Shown here in pieces: positions 28,500-41,992 of a stretch of 64,000 bases of DNA; position 1 is the first letter of the stretch, and each line of letters starts with the position of its first letter. Both the position numbers and the translations under genes were made by a program. The stretch covers positions 37,820,001-37,884,000 of the forward strand of contig NC_083285.1 of the NCBI RefSeq assembly GCF_963506605.1, given 5' to 3'. The DNA comes from Zootoca vivipara (lineage: Eukaryota). The notes under the pieces are model-generated. The model had not been told where the DNA came from, ran no database searches, and saw nothing but the letters and a program-made list of their open reading frames with translations.

Positions 28500-28830
28500 T
28501 CACTCGCATTTGTTTTGGGCTGTGTGTAGGGTGGACTTAGTCTTGTTTATGCTTTCCACTGGTGACCTCCAGACTAGATTGCTGTATTGTACTCTTTGTG
28601 GGGCTGCCTTTGAATGTGGTTTGGAAACGTTAACTGATACAAGTGAAGTTTCCCAGATGTTGATTGGGAACACGAAGTCAGTAGATATGATCTCAAGATT
28701 CCACCCGTTGTTGCTGGTTTGTTTCCTGGCCCAATTCAGACTGCTGGTGCTAACTCTAAACTATTTGGGACCACCTTCACCCATATGACCCTGCCCACGA
28801 TTTAAGGTCGTCACCAGAAGTCCTGCTTCT
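28500..28830 (+). mobile_element. Degenerate L2-like LINE ORF2 fragment
   Basis: ggtgacctccagactagattgctgtattgtactctttgtggggctgcc reads like a decayed TSRLDYCN..L..GLP motif. Confidence 0.55.
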
Positions 28831-30236
28831 TTGCTTGTCTGATGGCCCCTTGTTTAGTGGAAACCCCTTGTAACGGATTCAGATATGGTCCCTACTGAGC
28901 AGGCCTGCTAACGAGCCTTACAAATGTGGTTGTGGTTGTTGTTTTGTTCTTCATAATATTTTTTGGCACTACTGTTTAGAAAATGATTGTGATGGATTAA
29001 TTTGTTCACTGATCTTATGGAGTGATTGTGGCTTATGTACCTATTTCAAGTACCAATGGTTTTGGAATTGTTTTCAAAATTGTTTTCTCTTCCAATGCAT
29101 TGTTCTTCAGATGAAGGACAGTCTACAAAATAAAATAAAATATGCCTCCTGAAGAGTGGCCTAAGAAAAAGTTTGTGGGTGAGATCCAACATTGTGTGAG
29201 TGGACTCCTCTTTCCTCTCCTCCACTGCACAGCCCTAGCAACAATCCGCCAATGTGCTCTGGACCCCCCGCCCCCCCAACTGTCTTGAGAAGATTTTGGT
29301 TATGGTGGGGGACTTCTGGTTGGGAGAAGAGGAAGTGAAGTTGTGCAAGCAGAAGTTCATTTTACAGATGGCTAGACTCAACTGAATTTCAAACTAAACA
29401 TAACTGCAGAAAACAGTAATTATAATGGTTTGCTCTGAAGCGGTGAGGTTGTTGTTATAACCAAATTAACAATAAGCAGTGCTCAGTCAATCATCGTTTA
29501 AAAATGTATTTCATTACTGTATGAAAATGGGGCTTTAATCACAATTTCAAATGATTTAGAACGTGGTACAATTATTTGATTTCAATCTGCAGTACAGGTT
29601 TGTTTCTTCATCTAATAAGAGGCCTCATGCAGTGTTTTTGCAGGTGAACAGCTCTTTCAAAAGTTTTGTCCTTGGAAATTAAGGTGGTACACAAGTAGCC
29701 AAACATCACAGAAAATTAGGTTGGGTTTTGTGATTTTTGGATAATGTGCCCACATTTTCATTAACCAGTGGAGATTAATAGTGGCGTATACGTTCTTTAA
29801 TTTTCTTTATTCTATGAATACATTTTATTTTCAATCAGGATATCAATACTTTTGAATAAACCCATAAGATTTATAATTCCACTAGAACAATAAATTGAGG
29901 AGGTTGCTCAGGAAATTTTATAGTTAGCCTGCATTATTTTTCAAGGATAGGAACCAACTGGGCTTTTAAATTTCAAAATGTGGGCTGCACCTTCAGACCT
30001 CTTAACTTCAGTTACCTGGGAGCAAGCCTTATTAACTCAAAGGATTAACTTCAGAGTAGACATAGTTAGGGTCACATTTTAAAAAAAGTTTATACTGTAC
30101 TGTATAGCAAAACCCCCAACTCTATGAACCTTTACTCAAAAGTAATTCCGACTGTATTCAGTGAGACTTATTCCAAAATAAAAGTTCATATAAATTTATC
30201 TATCTGGTTGTTGTTTTTTAATTTGTTACATTGGAC

Positions 30237-30515
30237 CAGAGGTCAGCAACCTAAACCCATGGGCCAGTTCCAGCCCATGAGCTTCCTTTCAGTGGATCGG
30301 CATGGGGAGGAAAAACATAGTGATCAGACTGAGTCCAGCCCAAAGGCCAGGCAGAACAGTGTGTGTGCATGCGCACGGGCGCTCCTTCATCCTGGAAGTG
30401 CGTCGGAAATAGCGTGTACGCATGCGCGGGTGAGCACGGGCATGCATGCTCTGGCCCACCGAGAGGTCTGCCGGGGAGTGGACTGGACCAGCCTCAAAAA
30501 CGTTGCTGACCCCTG
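30237..30515. mobile_element. hAT (Charlie-like) MITE
   Basis: TIRs cagaggtcagcaac / gttgctgacccctg; TSD cattggac (30229-30236) / cattagac (30516-30523). Confidence 0.85.
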
Positions 30516-30999
30516 CATTAGACCAACAAAAATGATTCATTTGCATTGCTCTGAAATTCACTGACTTCTCATTTTAAATCGCCATCATGCAATTTCCCTC
30601 TGACAGATTAAGTGAAAGGTCCGGGAAAGGGAGGCATCCTGAAAAAATATTGTTCATGGGATATGAAAGTTAAATTGGTATTCTGCTTTCTTGCACACCA
30701 TAGTTCGCCATTTCATCTAAATGAGCAAACAATGGTGTAATACAAAACAAAACACCAAAAAGCCTGTGTGTGTATATGTGTGCATATACAGTACTGAAAC
30801 TATTTCTTTTCCTATGGGATCTTCATATAAAGCACACATCTAATGTGCTCAAGTGATCGTCAGTTGTTCACCTCCCTTGTCCTATTTTAAATTTATGGGT
30901 CTCAGCTGCCTTTCACCTATTGTGTCCCTTACCTATATCAATTCATTAATATCTCACCTTTCTCCCCCGTGCAGAACCCAAGGAGGCTCATGAATTTAA

Positions 31000-31490
31000 A
31001 AGGTACAACTGGAAAAAAGCAGTTATAAATATTTAAACGGTTACCATATTAAAAGCATCACTGAATCAAAACAACTTAAAACCATTTAAAAGCACAAGTG
31101 GAGAAGAAAATTTACAAAATCTGCAGCTAGTTAGTGGCCAAAGGCCTATCTAAACAAAAAGGTCTTTGCCTGCTGCTGGAAGGAAAACAGAGAGGAGACC
31201 AGTCTAGCCTCCCATGGAAGCATGTTTCACAATCTGGGCACATCTTCCAAGAAGTCCCTCTACTGTGGCCCAATGCACATGGCAGGACCAAGGAAAAAGC
31301 CTGCTTGAAGTAGATCAAAAGGTGGAGTGGCTCATATCGGAAACTACAATCCCTCAGATAGCCTGGACCCAAGCTGTTATATGGCTTTAGAGGTCATAAC
31401 CATCACTTTGAATTCTGCCCAGAAATGGACCTATAGCCTGTGGAGCTGTTGCAACAAGGAGTTTCTGTTATCTCTGTAGCTGGCTCCAGT
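31000..31490 (-). mobile_element. Degenerate L2-like LINE 3' fragment
   Basis: Minus-strand ORF MGPGYLRD...YEP resembles L2 ORF2 (GLGPxYLxD); A-rich tail remnants. Confidence 0.6.
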
Positions 31491-33805
31491 CTAGTTACTA
31501 AAGGTTAATTAATTAAAGTAAGCATATGACCATTGCACTTGTTATTGTAACAGAACTCATCACCACTGAACCTTATTCATGGAGGATAAGGCTACTAACC
31601 ATGATGGCTTTGCTCTCATCCACAGCAACGCTTCTGAGGACCAGTTGCTGGAAACAGCAAGAGGGAAGAGTGGGCTTGTGATCAAGCTTTTTATTTCATT
31701 TCATTTTTTTTAAAGCTCATTATGTTAGGGACTTAACTTTCAATTTGGTGTGGGACATTTTCAGTTGCTTTGATAGGTTGCATCTACACACAGAGCAGCG
31801 CATTGAGTAGAGATAGATGAGGAATTTGATTCAATCTGCATTTAGAGGCAAACCTACCTAATTTGCTCTTCCTGAAATAATATGCACGTCAAAATGCAGC
31901 CGTCCTTCAAAAGTCTCCCTTCTCTTAATTTTTCAGTGCATTTCTTCAGCTAAGTAATATGTTACAAAAATTTTGCATAGTATTTATACAATATAATAAA
32001 ATACACAGTAGATCTAAAATCTAGTGGATTAAAAGTTGTGGATCTAAAAAGCTGGGGAAATGAAAAGGTAACTGCCTGGTGCCAAAGAAGGTACCTCTCC
32101 AGGGAGTGTGTTATATAATTGTGATTAATAATTATGATTAACTTAATTTATTACTTGCCTTTCACTCTAAGGTCCCAGAGCAAGTTACAACAATTTAAAT
32201 CACATTAAAAACAGTTTAAAATAACTTAAAATCAGAAAAATAAGGTGAGTCCTAAAAAATGCACAGCTCACCACAATCCAAAACTTAGACCAAGATTTCT
32301 TTCTTTCTTTCTTTTATAACTAGAATGCAGTTTTGCCCAGGGTTATCTTTTATTCCCCTCCAATTTTGGTGTCCCATCAGATTCAGGGAAATTCAGTGTT
32401 TTGAATTTACATGTGGAAATCTGCTCAGAACCTGTATTTTGCATTTTTAAAATGTACAGATTAATGAATTTATGTGAAATTTTTTCAGTTAAGTGCTATG
32501 CAAGAAATTCTTCCCCCCAGATAATACCAAGTAGGCATGCAAGTTGGATACAGCATGCCTTGATTTTTGTCGCTGAGTATTATTGGCCAGTAAAAATGTA
32601 TCCATTGTACAACTAATATTGTGAACAGCTTTACCCAGTTTAAGATGACTGCTTAGGATCCATGACCTTAAAATGTTTAGCATGGCTGCTGGTAAGCCAA
32701 AACTGTATTCTGTCATACTATCTACACTGTGTATATTTGTTTGATATGATTTTAATATATATGAGTGCAGAAGCACATATAGGACATAAGCTTGTCAAGA
32801 TATATTATCTGTCTGTGGAAGAAATGAATGCATGCTGAAAATGGGTAAAATTATTCAAACACAGAAGGACTTTTTATTCGACAGTTTTCCCAGGAGGATT
32901 TGAAACCAATTTTGGGTGTCTGTTACAGCTGACCTTTGAAAGAATAAATTAGGTTTTCAAGATTTCTCAGATGTGTAGCCAAAAGGGAGCTGTCTAGTTA
33001 CATGCATTTTTAAACATCTGCTAGCAGAATCTAAGATCAAAATGCAAAATCTTTGGCTCCGTGATAGTCCCTTGAGGACCTGGGGAATCTCTGAACTTAT
33101 AAACCAGAAGCACTTTTGGACATACAGTATTTTCTGCACAGAAAACTGTTCTTTAAAAAAAAAAGTGCGATTGAACAAATAGCATTGTGGTAAAATCAAG
33201 AAGCAAATATGTGGAAAGTCATCTGTGTGTTTTGTTTTCTCAGAAACGCTATTGGAATTTGAACCATGCATGATAAAGTAATTCATTCAGTTTCCATTTT
33301 CCACCCTTCCTCCAATAACGAACCAGAGGAGATGAAGGTTTCCTACTTTTATATTAGCACCAATATCACAAGTAGGTGAGGTTGCAAAATTGAAACTAGC
33401 CCAAAGTAAGCCAGTGAACTTAATGGTGGAACAAGGATTTGAACTTGAGTCACCTTGGTGTAAGTTCATCTCTTATACACTGCATTGCATATGATGAATA
33501 TATAGTATCACAATTATATCAAAAATGTTGAGGGAGTTATGATTTATTTGCCATATACTTTGGGATCCATTCAGTGTCTAACATTTGCTTGCCACAGGAC
33601 TTAAAAAGAGGCTTCTCAGATCTATTTGTCACCCAGCCAAAGACACCTAGCATACACATTTCCAGTAATTTACAATGTGCCACCAAAAATCAGCCAGAAA
33701 ATTTGGATATGACAGTACACAACTGAAACCACCACAATAGGAAAATTCTATTCATATGCTTTCTGTTTGGCAAGATAGTACCATGCTACATGCTGCCTTT
33801 TATTT

Positions 33806-33934
33806 NNNNNNNNNNNNNNNNNNNNNNNNNNNNNNNNNNNNNNNNNNNNNNNNNNNNNNNNNNNNNNNNNNNNNNNNNNNNNNNNNNNNNNNNNNNNNNN
33901 NNNNNNNNNNNNNNNNNNNNNNNNNNNNNNNNNN
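33806..33934. other. Assembly gap (129 N)
   Basis: Run of n. Confidence 1.
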
Positions 33935-33989
33935 ATTTTAGGGCCAATAGACACAAAACTAACAGCACACAGAATCTGCTTTAATTTTG

Positions 33990-34862
33990 CGTGTTCAGAC
34001 CCAGAAACGCCCCCCTCCCTAAATAAATTCACACTTGACTCAAATTTTAGTTTTGGTTTTTGGCAGAACTTAGGCCACTTTATTTAAACACAAACCACCT
34101 GCAGAGGTATAAGTGGGGAAACGAGCAGCCTGTAGGCAACAGCATGACAACCCCTGACAATGGAAAATATGGTACACGGTATTGCCTGTCCCATTTCCCT
34201 AAGAAACCTAAGAGGATGAGCTAGGGCCTTTCCAGTAGCACCACTCCCCAGGCCAGCATAGGTCAGTCAAGGGTGAACACCTGGATAGGCAAAAAGTTGG
34301 GAACAGACTATGTCTGCCACCCAGATGTCCCCCTGGATTCAGGCACGGGCACAACCCCCTCACAGGGGTTGACCAAACCAATTTGAGTCTCTGGATTCCT
34401 TTAACGGAATACCCTTCACATAGGGATGGCAAGAGCGTTCCCCCATCCCTATCACCTGAACCAGAGCCTATCCGCAACCTTACAAGTTGTGACGATTTGC
34501 TACGTGGCAGGTGAAACCCAAATGGCAACAGCCAATCAGCCAAGTGGGGACAATTCCTGCCGTGCCCCTTTCCCAACGACAGATGACAGCATAGCAAGGT
34601 CAAGTGCAACAAAGCCCTAAAGGTAGGGAGAGGTGGGTGGGTGTTCTGAATGCACGGGCTGAAAGAGGAAGCTCTGGGTCACATGCATGGGTATATATAG
34701 GTCCCTTGATCCGTTTGGACTGTGTCCCATTGGCCAGATTGCACCCAACAACGAGGGACCTACCAATCGGGTGTTGAGGCTGTCCAATCTCACTCATCCA
34801 CAATACAGGGGATCGGTTTCCAGGTCTCGCCACAATGCGTGCCCTCTTTAAGGGAAGACACA
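33990..34862 (-). mobile_element. LTR-like element, copy B (same family as 1760-2956); left boundary uncertain
   Basis: Colinear with 2370-2956 over ~600 bp; same gacaca end; TATA-like motif at ~34691-34700; AATAAAG on the minus strand at ~34078. Confidence 0.65.
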
Positions 34863-35939
34863 ATATCTTTGTGTGGCTGATCACACAGAGTTATTTTGTC
34901 CCACACCTTGAACGAAGTCAAGACAGAGATATGGTTAAAAAGTAATGTTTGATTGCTTTCGTATTTGTCTAAATGCTTTCTTTTCCCCGGATTAAGTCCT
35001 TTCTCAAGAGTTGCTTGTTTTGAAAACAACAATAAAAACTAGAGTGATTCCCAAATCACTTTTGCCCTGCCTAGTCAGTCATCTGATCCTTCCCTAGCAA
35101 ATCCCCCCCCCCATCTTATATGACTCCCTAAACCTCTTCCCAGTCTTCCCTGCTGTGTCTGATAGTCCTCTGAGTAAGTAACAATGCCACTTAGTGTTTG
35201 AAACATACTGCTCGTGCGGTAAGAGTAAGAGCCTGCCAGTATAAATCTTGGGGCTTTATGACCTTGAGAAACATGTAAGCTCTTTCTAAAATGCAGTGAA
35301 TAATATAACATTACCTTATTATAACAACCTTTGGAGGATTAATTATCTGTAAAAATGCAATACTGTATATTGTATATTCATTTTAAGTGAATCTAATATT
35401 CTACCCATCTGCTCTGTTTGAAGTATATTGTCCAAGGTATTCTGTGAATTAATTTGTGTTGAAAATGGGGTTTTGATTTGTACATTATTGTTTACTTCTC
35501 AGTAGCTTGTTGAATGAAACAGCTTTGTAATATCAGTTTTATAGTATTGCTTATTAATTTACCCAACAATTTATATACCACTTATATTTAAGAGAAAAAA
35601 ATATCTTGAAATGTACGCAAAAAGAAAGAGACATTGCACGTTCTTTTGTATTTCATGAAAATCTTTAATAAAAAATATTATTCAAATTTACAACTTACCT
35701 TAAAACATTACAAATAAAAATCAAATAGAGAAAAACATCACAACTAACAACTAAACAGTGAATCCCATTAAAACAACAAGAATAGAATGAAAATTCCACG
35801 TTTTAGAACATATAGAACTCAATAAAATCTGTAAAAATCAGAATAAGTATTACAAATGAAAATGAACTACAAAATATAAATTCCACATGTTAAAATAAAA
35901 ATAAAATAATTGGCAACTAAGCAAAATAAAATAGCAATA

Positions 35940-36033
35940 GCCACCCAGAGTGGTTGGGGAAACCCAGCCAGATGGGCGGGGTACTCCTCCTCCTCCTCCT
36001 CCTCCTCCTCCTCCTCCTCCTCCTCCTCCTCCT
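35940..36033 (+). mobile_element. Very short L2-like 3' end with (CCT)n tail
   Basis: gccacccagagtggttggggaaacccagccagatgggcgggg followed by (cct)n. Confidence 0.75.
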
Positions 36034-36895
36034 AATATTCATTTTGAAAACAACCCAGAAAGGAACATTCTATCCCTTTCTGCTTCCAAGATTTATAAAG
36101 TGATCCCCAAATAAATTTCATTGTGTGGAAGGTATACAAAATGTTTGGAAGATTATCATCACATTTTACTGGCATATTCTTCTCACAACTCCCCACCTCT
36201 TGGGTCAAACTTTTAAAAAATCAACATTATGGGAAACTTTTATCTATTACCAAAGTGTAAAACAACTAAAAAATTTATTACAAGGTTACCCCCTCTTCAT
36301 ATCTCCCTGTTCCACAGTAACCTGTAGCTTCATTTATCCACAGAAGCGAAGCCTAGAATAATCAGCTTCCCACCAAACCGATGATCCTCAATCAGTGTCA
36401 ATAGGATGCTGGGAGTGATCACATCCTTTTTGCCATGATTAAAATAGGCTTTGGCCAAACAATTGATGGAACACTTGTCTGGCTGCATACAGAATCAGGA
36501 GGCCCTCCTATCATTAGACCCTCCAAGCTTGCTAACCAATGGGAGGTAGCTCAGCTACTCATTGAAGCTAGGTGGCCTATGCCTCTTCTTGGAATCAAAG
36601 CGTGTCAAGTGCATAATAGTTGTAAGAGTGGCTGCAGGTGGCATTGTGCTCATCTCCCAGCCAAACACAGTAGGCTAGAGTTTGCCTTCCCCATCTACAG
36701 CCATACATTACATTAAATGCTGTATGTGCCTAATGATTGTCTTTGTATGCTGTTTTGGACTTTTGAAATTGAGTTCTCAATCAGAAGCAACATTGCCAAA
36801 GCCTGGCCTTGAAATATGCTTTTGCACCGTTTATAGCTGCAGGGAGAAGGGGAATATGAACATGCAAATTTGTTTGCCATTTTCAATACTGTTTT

Positions 36896-37104
36896 CAGTG
36901 CTGGGTTACCAAATAGGCAGAGCAGGCCTATGGGCCCCATGCCTTTTAGGGGCCCCGCAACAACAGATCAAAATAATATTGACTTGATCTTGAAATAAAA
37001 TTAAAATCAAGCTTTCTTAGGTCAATGTTATCCCACTAGAGTTTGCAGACGAACCTCAATATTTCAACTGCCTCGGGGCTTCCACAGGGTTTAATCCAGC
37101 ACTG
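36896..37104. mobile_element. hAT-like MITE
   Basis: TIRs cagtgctgg / ccagcactg; TSD actgtttt (36888-36895) / actgttgt (37105-37112); gggcccc motifs. Confidence 0.75.
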
Positions 37105-38549
37105 ACTGTTGTGATAGAACATAGAAGCCTAGAAGGAGCTATGTACATCCTCCTTCTGCATGGCATATAGCTAGTCAAGACACAGGGGGTTTCTTTGGGT
37201 TGGGGGATTGTAATTGTAGTCCGTTTAAAAATATTTTTCTGAGAGTGTAGGGAAAGTTCTTTGAGCTCGGTCACTGAAAGGTCAAATTTGCCCATCAGTT
37301 GGGCAGCATGATGTACCCCGTTTTTAGAGGGTAATCCATTCGCGAGGTCAATCAGGCATTATTATTTTTTGCTAACCTAGTGTTGTCCATCTGTTGAACT
37401 CTGAACCAGTAGCAGAGGATTCTTTTATCTATTTGGCTCTCTATGCTCAACATTCAAGTTTCCAGGTCATGTTTTAACAATGTAAATGTTTTAGGTTTTT
37501 GTAGCAAACTAGTATATTTTATTGAATGACATAGTATACATTGCAGCAGCCTTTGGCTATAAGCAGTAAACTTGACCGACTGATGGAAAGTTGAAGTGCA
37601 TAACGGTAGCTTTAATATGTCTGTTTCCTCCCCATCTTTGCAGCTCTTAAAGATATGGGGATTTGCAAGTTTTTGAGATCCTTCAGGGTAGCAACATATC
37701 ACTTATTTATCCAAATTTTTGGAATAAAACTTTTAAAACAGAAGTTACCAAGGTGGTGAACATCATAATAACTTAAAGACAATCCATGGAAACACCAGTA
37801 CAGTATAAAAATTAACTCCTGTCATGCTGAATGTACACCTGACTAAAAGATGAGCCTAGTCTAAGACAACTAATGTTGGAAGAACCAGAATGCTTACTGG
37901 CTTTTAAAATCAGCTGTTATTATAAAACAAAGCCACATCTCCATTGTGGATATAGGTCTGTTTTCAGGCTTATAAATGTAGCCCTCCAGGTTATTAAAGA
38001 AAAGTATAGGAACTAATGTTGTGTGAAGGTGCTGGGAATGTTCTACAGATCATTCTCCTTGCACTTGAAGCGCCACTGATTCCAACTGGGATCCGCTATG
38101 ATTTTGCAGTGTAGAGGAGCCAACAAATTACTGCTCAACCTACGCTAGTTTATTTGGGTAATTTGTGTACTGTAATGTTTTCAAAAATCACATAAATGCT
38201 CCTGATTCAACAAGCAAATGTCCACCCACCTAGCACCTAATTATTGTCTAGTTCTTTCTATCTGGTCAGGATGTTTGCTAAGAAGATTGGCTCCACATCG
38301 AGGTGTTTATAAAGCACTTATGTGATATCTAAAAATATTGCTGTGATTTCTCAGCTCTGCTTACAGAACCATTTACACTTCCCTTGTGGTATAGTTAACA
38401 AACAACAGCTTCAGATAGGCTCTGATTGTACATTTCAGAAGGAGTCCTAAGCAGAATACAGATCCTGAATGCTTTATTTTTTGTTACTTTTCTATACCAC
38501 CCATCCCCTGGGTGGTTTATATATTTGCTAATACAAAATACAAATTAAA

Positions 38550-38670
38550 AACTTTCAATGATGGAGAGTCCACAACCTCCCGAAGGAGACGGTTCCAAAT
38601 CATTGAGTTGGAAGGGATCCCGTGGGTTATCTAGACCAACCTCCTGCAATTCAGGAATCTCAACTATCAA
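38550..38670 (-). mobile_element. CR1 3'-end fragments in permuted order
   Basis: Both segments match 57130-57300 and 19850-19970 but occur in swapped order. Confidence 0.55.
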
Positions 38671-40768
38671 TCTCAACTACTGATGGAATCCTGTCACATA
38701 CCCCTCAACTGTCCCGGGAAAACTGGGACATCCCATTTTTTTCATACAAGAGTGTGTGGGTGGCCATTTTGGGTGCCATGATCTCGTGGAATCACATGAT
38801 CTCCTATGGGTCACATGACTTGCCCTGGAGTGAGGCCCGGAAGATGCAAGGAAATTATTTTTGTGTGTCCAGTCTTGCCCTCATGCTACATTGGATACAG
38901 TCTTTTGTGTTCCGTTCCTTGAGCCCAACAGAAGAACTTTATGTGTGCCCTCCCCAACCCCCACTATGTTTTGCACCATTCAGATTCTACTTTGCCTCTA
39001 TGAACTGCATTACTTGTCCCTTTCTCACATGCTGTTGATAAGCAGGACCAGATTGGGGACAAGCTCTGGATGGATGTGTCAGTGAGTGCAAGGGACAGAT
39101 GAGATACATCTAATGGCTCCTTAAAATGATTGTCTGGATGTACTGTTAAAACCAGTGACATCACTGAAGCTCATAATCAGATGCTGTAGAAATCAGATGT
39201 GTTATTTCCCTCAAACGTTCTTCTACAGCTCAGAATGAAAGTCTCACTTTTGTATGCGCCCAAAGGGTACAACTTAAAATATACTCTTAGCCCAAGTTAG
39301 GGCTTGCACAAACCTAAGGAAATCCCCACCACCACCATCTTAGAGGTTTATTAAAAGGCTTTATGGACTGGTTCACAAGCCTAGTGATGCTCCAGAGCAT
39401 TGTGTGGTGCTGGGGGAGGGAAATGTGCAACCCCTGAACTTGACTGGGAAGCTTTCAGACCCAGATAGCGAGTAACAAAAGCAAAGGTTTTCATTACAGG
39501 CAATGCTAGCTATCCTTGACACCCATGTTTTCGTGACCTGTGTAGCATGGCAAAAAGAGTCAAAACTTCCTCCCAGGTGCCTACTTCTTCAGGGCAAATT
39601 ACAGCACTAATTACCCATTTCCGAATCACAATGAGCAGAATTAAACCCTCTTGAAAACCATTCCACAAAATTTAGTAATCCACCTTATGTTAGTGATTGA
39701 TAGCCATTTGCAAGGTGGTCACCCGGCCCTTTATGTGTCCACTCAACTGCTTCGATTTGTGGAACTGATGCTGTTGCAGTTGCTTTGTAGTATTTATTCC
39801 ATAGTTGTAAGAAATTAAACCTACATGCTGGAACTCCCTGCCGATTTTCATCAGTCAGATACCTTCACAGTACTCTTTTTGCCACCTACTTAAAATGCTT
39901 TTGTTTAGGCATTCAAGACATATTGGTTTTAATTATTGTTAAATGTTTTCACTGTTTTTATTGACAATTTTAATGTTTGTTGTAAACTGCTTACAGTTTT
40001 TACTATAATCAAGTAGTATATAATTTTTGTTAAAACACACGTACCCAAGTCCTACCCAACAACCTGGTTGAGTGGGGGTAATTCTTATTTTGCTGCAGTG
40101 GCCTAGTTTCTAAATCAATGATGCTTACATTGATTAGAAAGTCAGTTTAAAAAGGCTTTCTTCCACTTTCTGTAGTGTGTCTATGACATTTAGATGTGAT
40201 ATATTGGCAATTAGAACTTCAATCCTAAAAGCAAATACTTGGTAGCAAGCACTATTGAATAAAATGAGAGTTGCATCTGGGTAACTGTGTACAGGGTCAT
40301 ACTGTTAGCCACAGATACAGATGCAAATTCTTCTCTATCATTCTATAATGTGACATGTTTGATTAAGTCAAAAGGCTTTTTGCAGCTTTTATTAGCAGAA
40401 GCATTCAAGACCTGAACTGACAATGACATGGAGAATGGCTTAATTTAGAATAAGCTTGAAAGAAAACAAATACACAGTGTGATGAAAATTAATCAAGGGA
40501 ATATCAAGTCAACACATTAATATGAACATAATTGTGTTTGGCAGAATGGGTGTTCTTCTGGATTTAGCTTTCATACCTTAACTCATGCTTTGCCACAGAT
40601 TAACTGTTCTGTTCAAACAAAGTGCATTTCATGTATTCTCTGTCAAATGAGTACTACCGATACACCTGCTCAGACAGTCTGGCCTTATTTTGAATTGGGT
40701 CCTGCTTTTATTGAGCTGGGCCTGACATGACATGGGGTTCATACTCTGCTCCCAGTACTATCCAGGAT

Positions 40769-40858
40769 CATAGCTGCCAAGTTCTCCCTTTTTTAAAGGG
40801 AAATTCCCTTATGCTGAATAGGCTTCCTCGCAAGAAAAGGGAAAACTTGGCAGCTATG
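40769..40858. mobile_element. 90-bp hAT mini-MITE (catagctgccaag TIR)
   Basis: TIR catagctgccaagtt / aacttggcagctatg; perfect 8-bp TSD tccaggat (40761-40768, 40859-40866). Confidence 0.92.
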
Positions 40859-40979
40859 TCCAGGATCTCAATCAGCCCTCTAGACTTCCTCATACCAAAG
40901 AAGAAGGAACTATAGCCTGGGGAAGAGGTAACCGGTGGCCGGGGAGACTCCTCATACACATCAGAGAGGACTTGCAAGT

Positions 40980-41342
40980 AGGGATGGGGAAATCTGTTAA
41001 TTTTAGTTTCTCTTGAGGCTCTCCTTTTTCCAATCTTAAATTCACTTATACACATTTCTACATCACTTTGCAATTTTTTTTTGTATGCAGTACAATTTTG
41101 AATGCATTTTCCCCAATATACACTTTTTTTTTTCAAAGCAATTTCCTGTAATATAATACATTTTTATGCACACTTTACCCAATTATGTGTGTTTTTGTAC
41201 ACATTGCTTGACTGGAAAATGCATTGCAAAATCTGGAGAAGGGCAATTTCCAAAAGAGGGTTGTGTGTCGACTGATGCATTGTTTCGGAAAGTGTGAGTT
41301 TTGTTTGCCTTAAAACGTGAACAGAATTTCTCTCTCATCTCT
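40980..41342 (-). mobile_element. Old Harbinger-like MITE, inverted relative to the 48290 and 59113 copies
   Basis: Ends agggatg / catctct; internal similarity to the 20692 family. Confidence 0.6.
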
Positions 41343-41856
41343 ACTTGTAAAGCTTAGTTGAAAATGATGTAACTCATTTCTTGCCAGGGATCTTGGGACT
41401 CATCGTTTTTTTTCCAGCTAGTGAGAAGCTGTGTCAAGCCCCTTCTCTATAGTACATAGTGAGTCCTGGTCTGCCACCTGTTGCCTTCTTCTGCTTTTTG
41501 TCTGCAAAGAGGTTCTGTTTTGTTGTTGGCTTAGGAAAGGTGCATGGCTGGGGGACTTGCAGGGAACTGCACTTCCCCCATTTGGGCTTTCCAATCATTC
41601 CTATTGACTACTCAGAAAGCGCCCCCCTTTCCCCAAGTATTCAACAGGAATGTTGAGAAATCAAAATGGTTTCTGCAGTAAGCTATGGCGGAGTGGCCTC
41701 ACATGTCACTAGTTCCTTTTCAAACTGCAATGTCATATTTGTAGTGGTAAATAGCCTTTGTCCTTTCATTCATCCCCCCCCCCCCAGATTTGCAAAGAAA
41801 GAAAGTTATCCAAAATAATCTCTCTCACACACACACCTTGTCTTTTCGCTCTGCAG

Positions 41857-41992
41857 AAACTACAGGTTTATCGAACGGTTCATCGATCCTTCTGAGTTGA
41901 ATCCACTTAGAGGAAAATGGCTGCAGGAAATCTTCTCGTATATTCCAGTCAGCCCCACAGAATGGGGCTGCTTTCTTCAGGATTTAACACAG
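41857..41992 (+). CDS. Candidate 136-nt internal exon of an unidentified gene. Either frame NYRFIERFIDPSELNPLRGKWLQEIFSYIPVSPTEWGCFLQDLTQ or an internal start MAAGNLLVYSSQPHRMGLLSSGFNT (ATG 41917)
   Basis: Polypyrimidine tract plus ctgcag acceptor (41841-41856); donor cag|gtgtgt at 41993; retains CpGs in CpG-poor surroundings; unique sequence. Confidence 0.6.

Noticed and set aside
33748-34032. ORFs containing runs of X
   Set aside because: Artefacts of the N-gap
41917-41992. Naming the host gene (e.g. SORBS2 from an exon ending ..NT with a phase-1 donor, or LPAR1 from MAA...SQP)
   Set aside because: The resemblance covers only a few residues and no diagnostic downstream exon is visible; a BLAST search is needed
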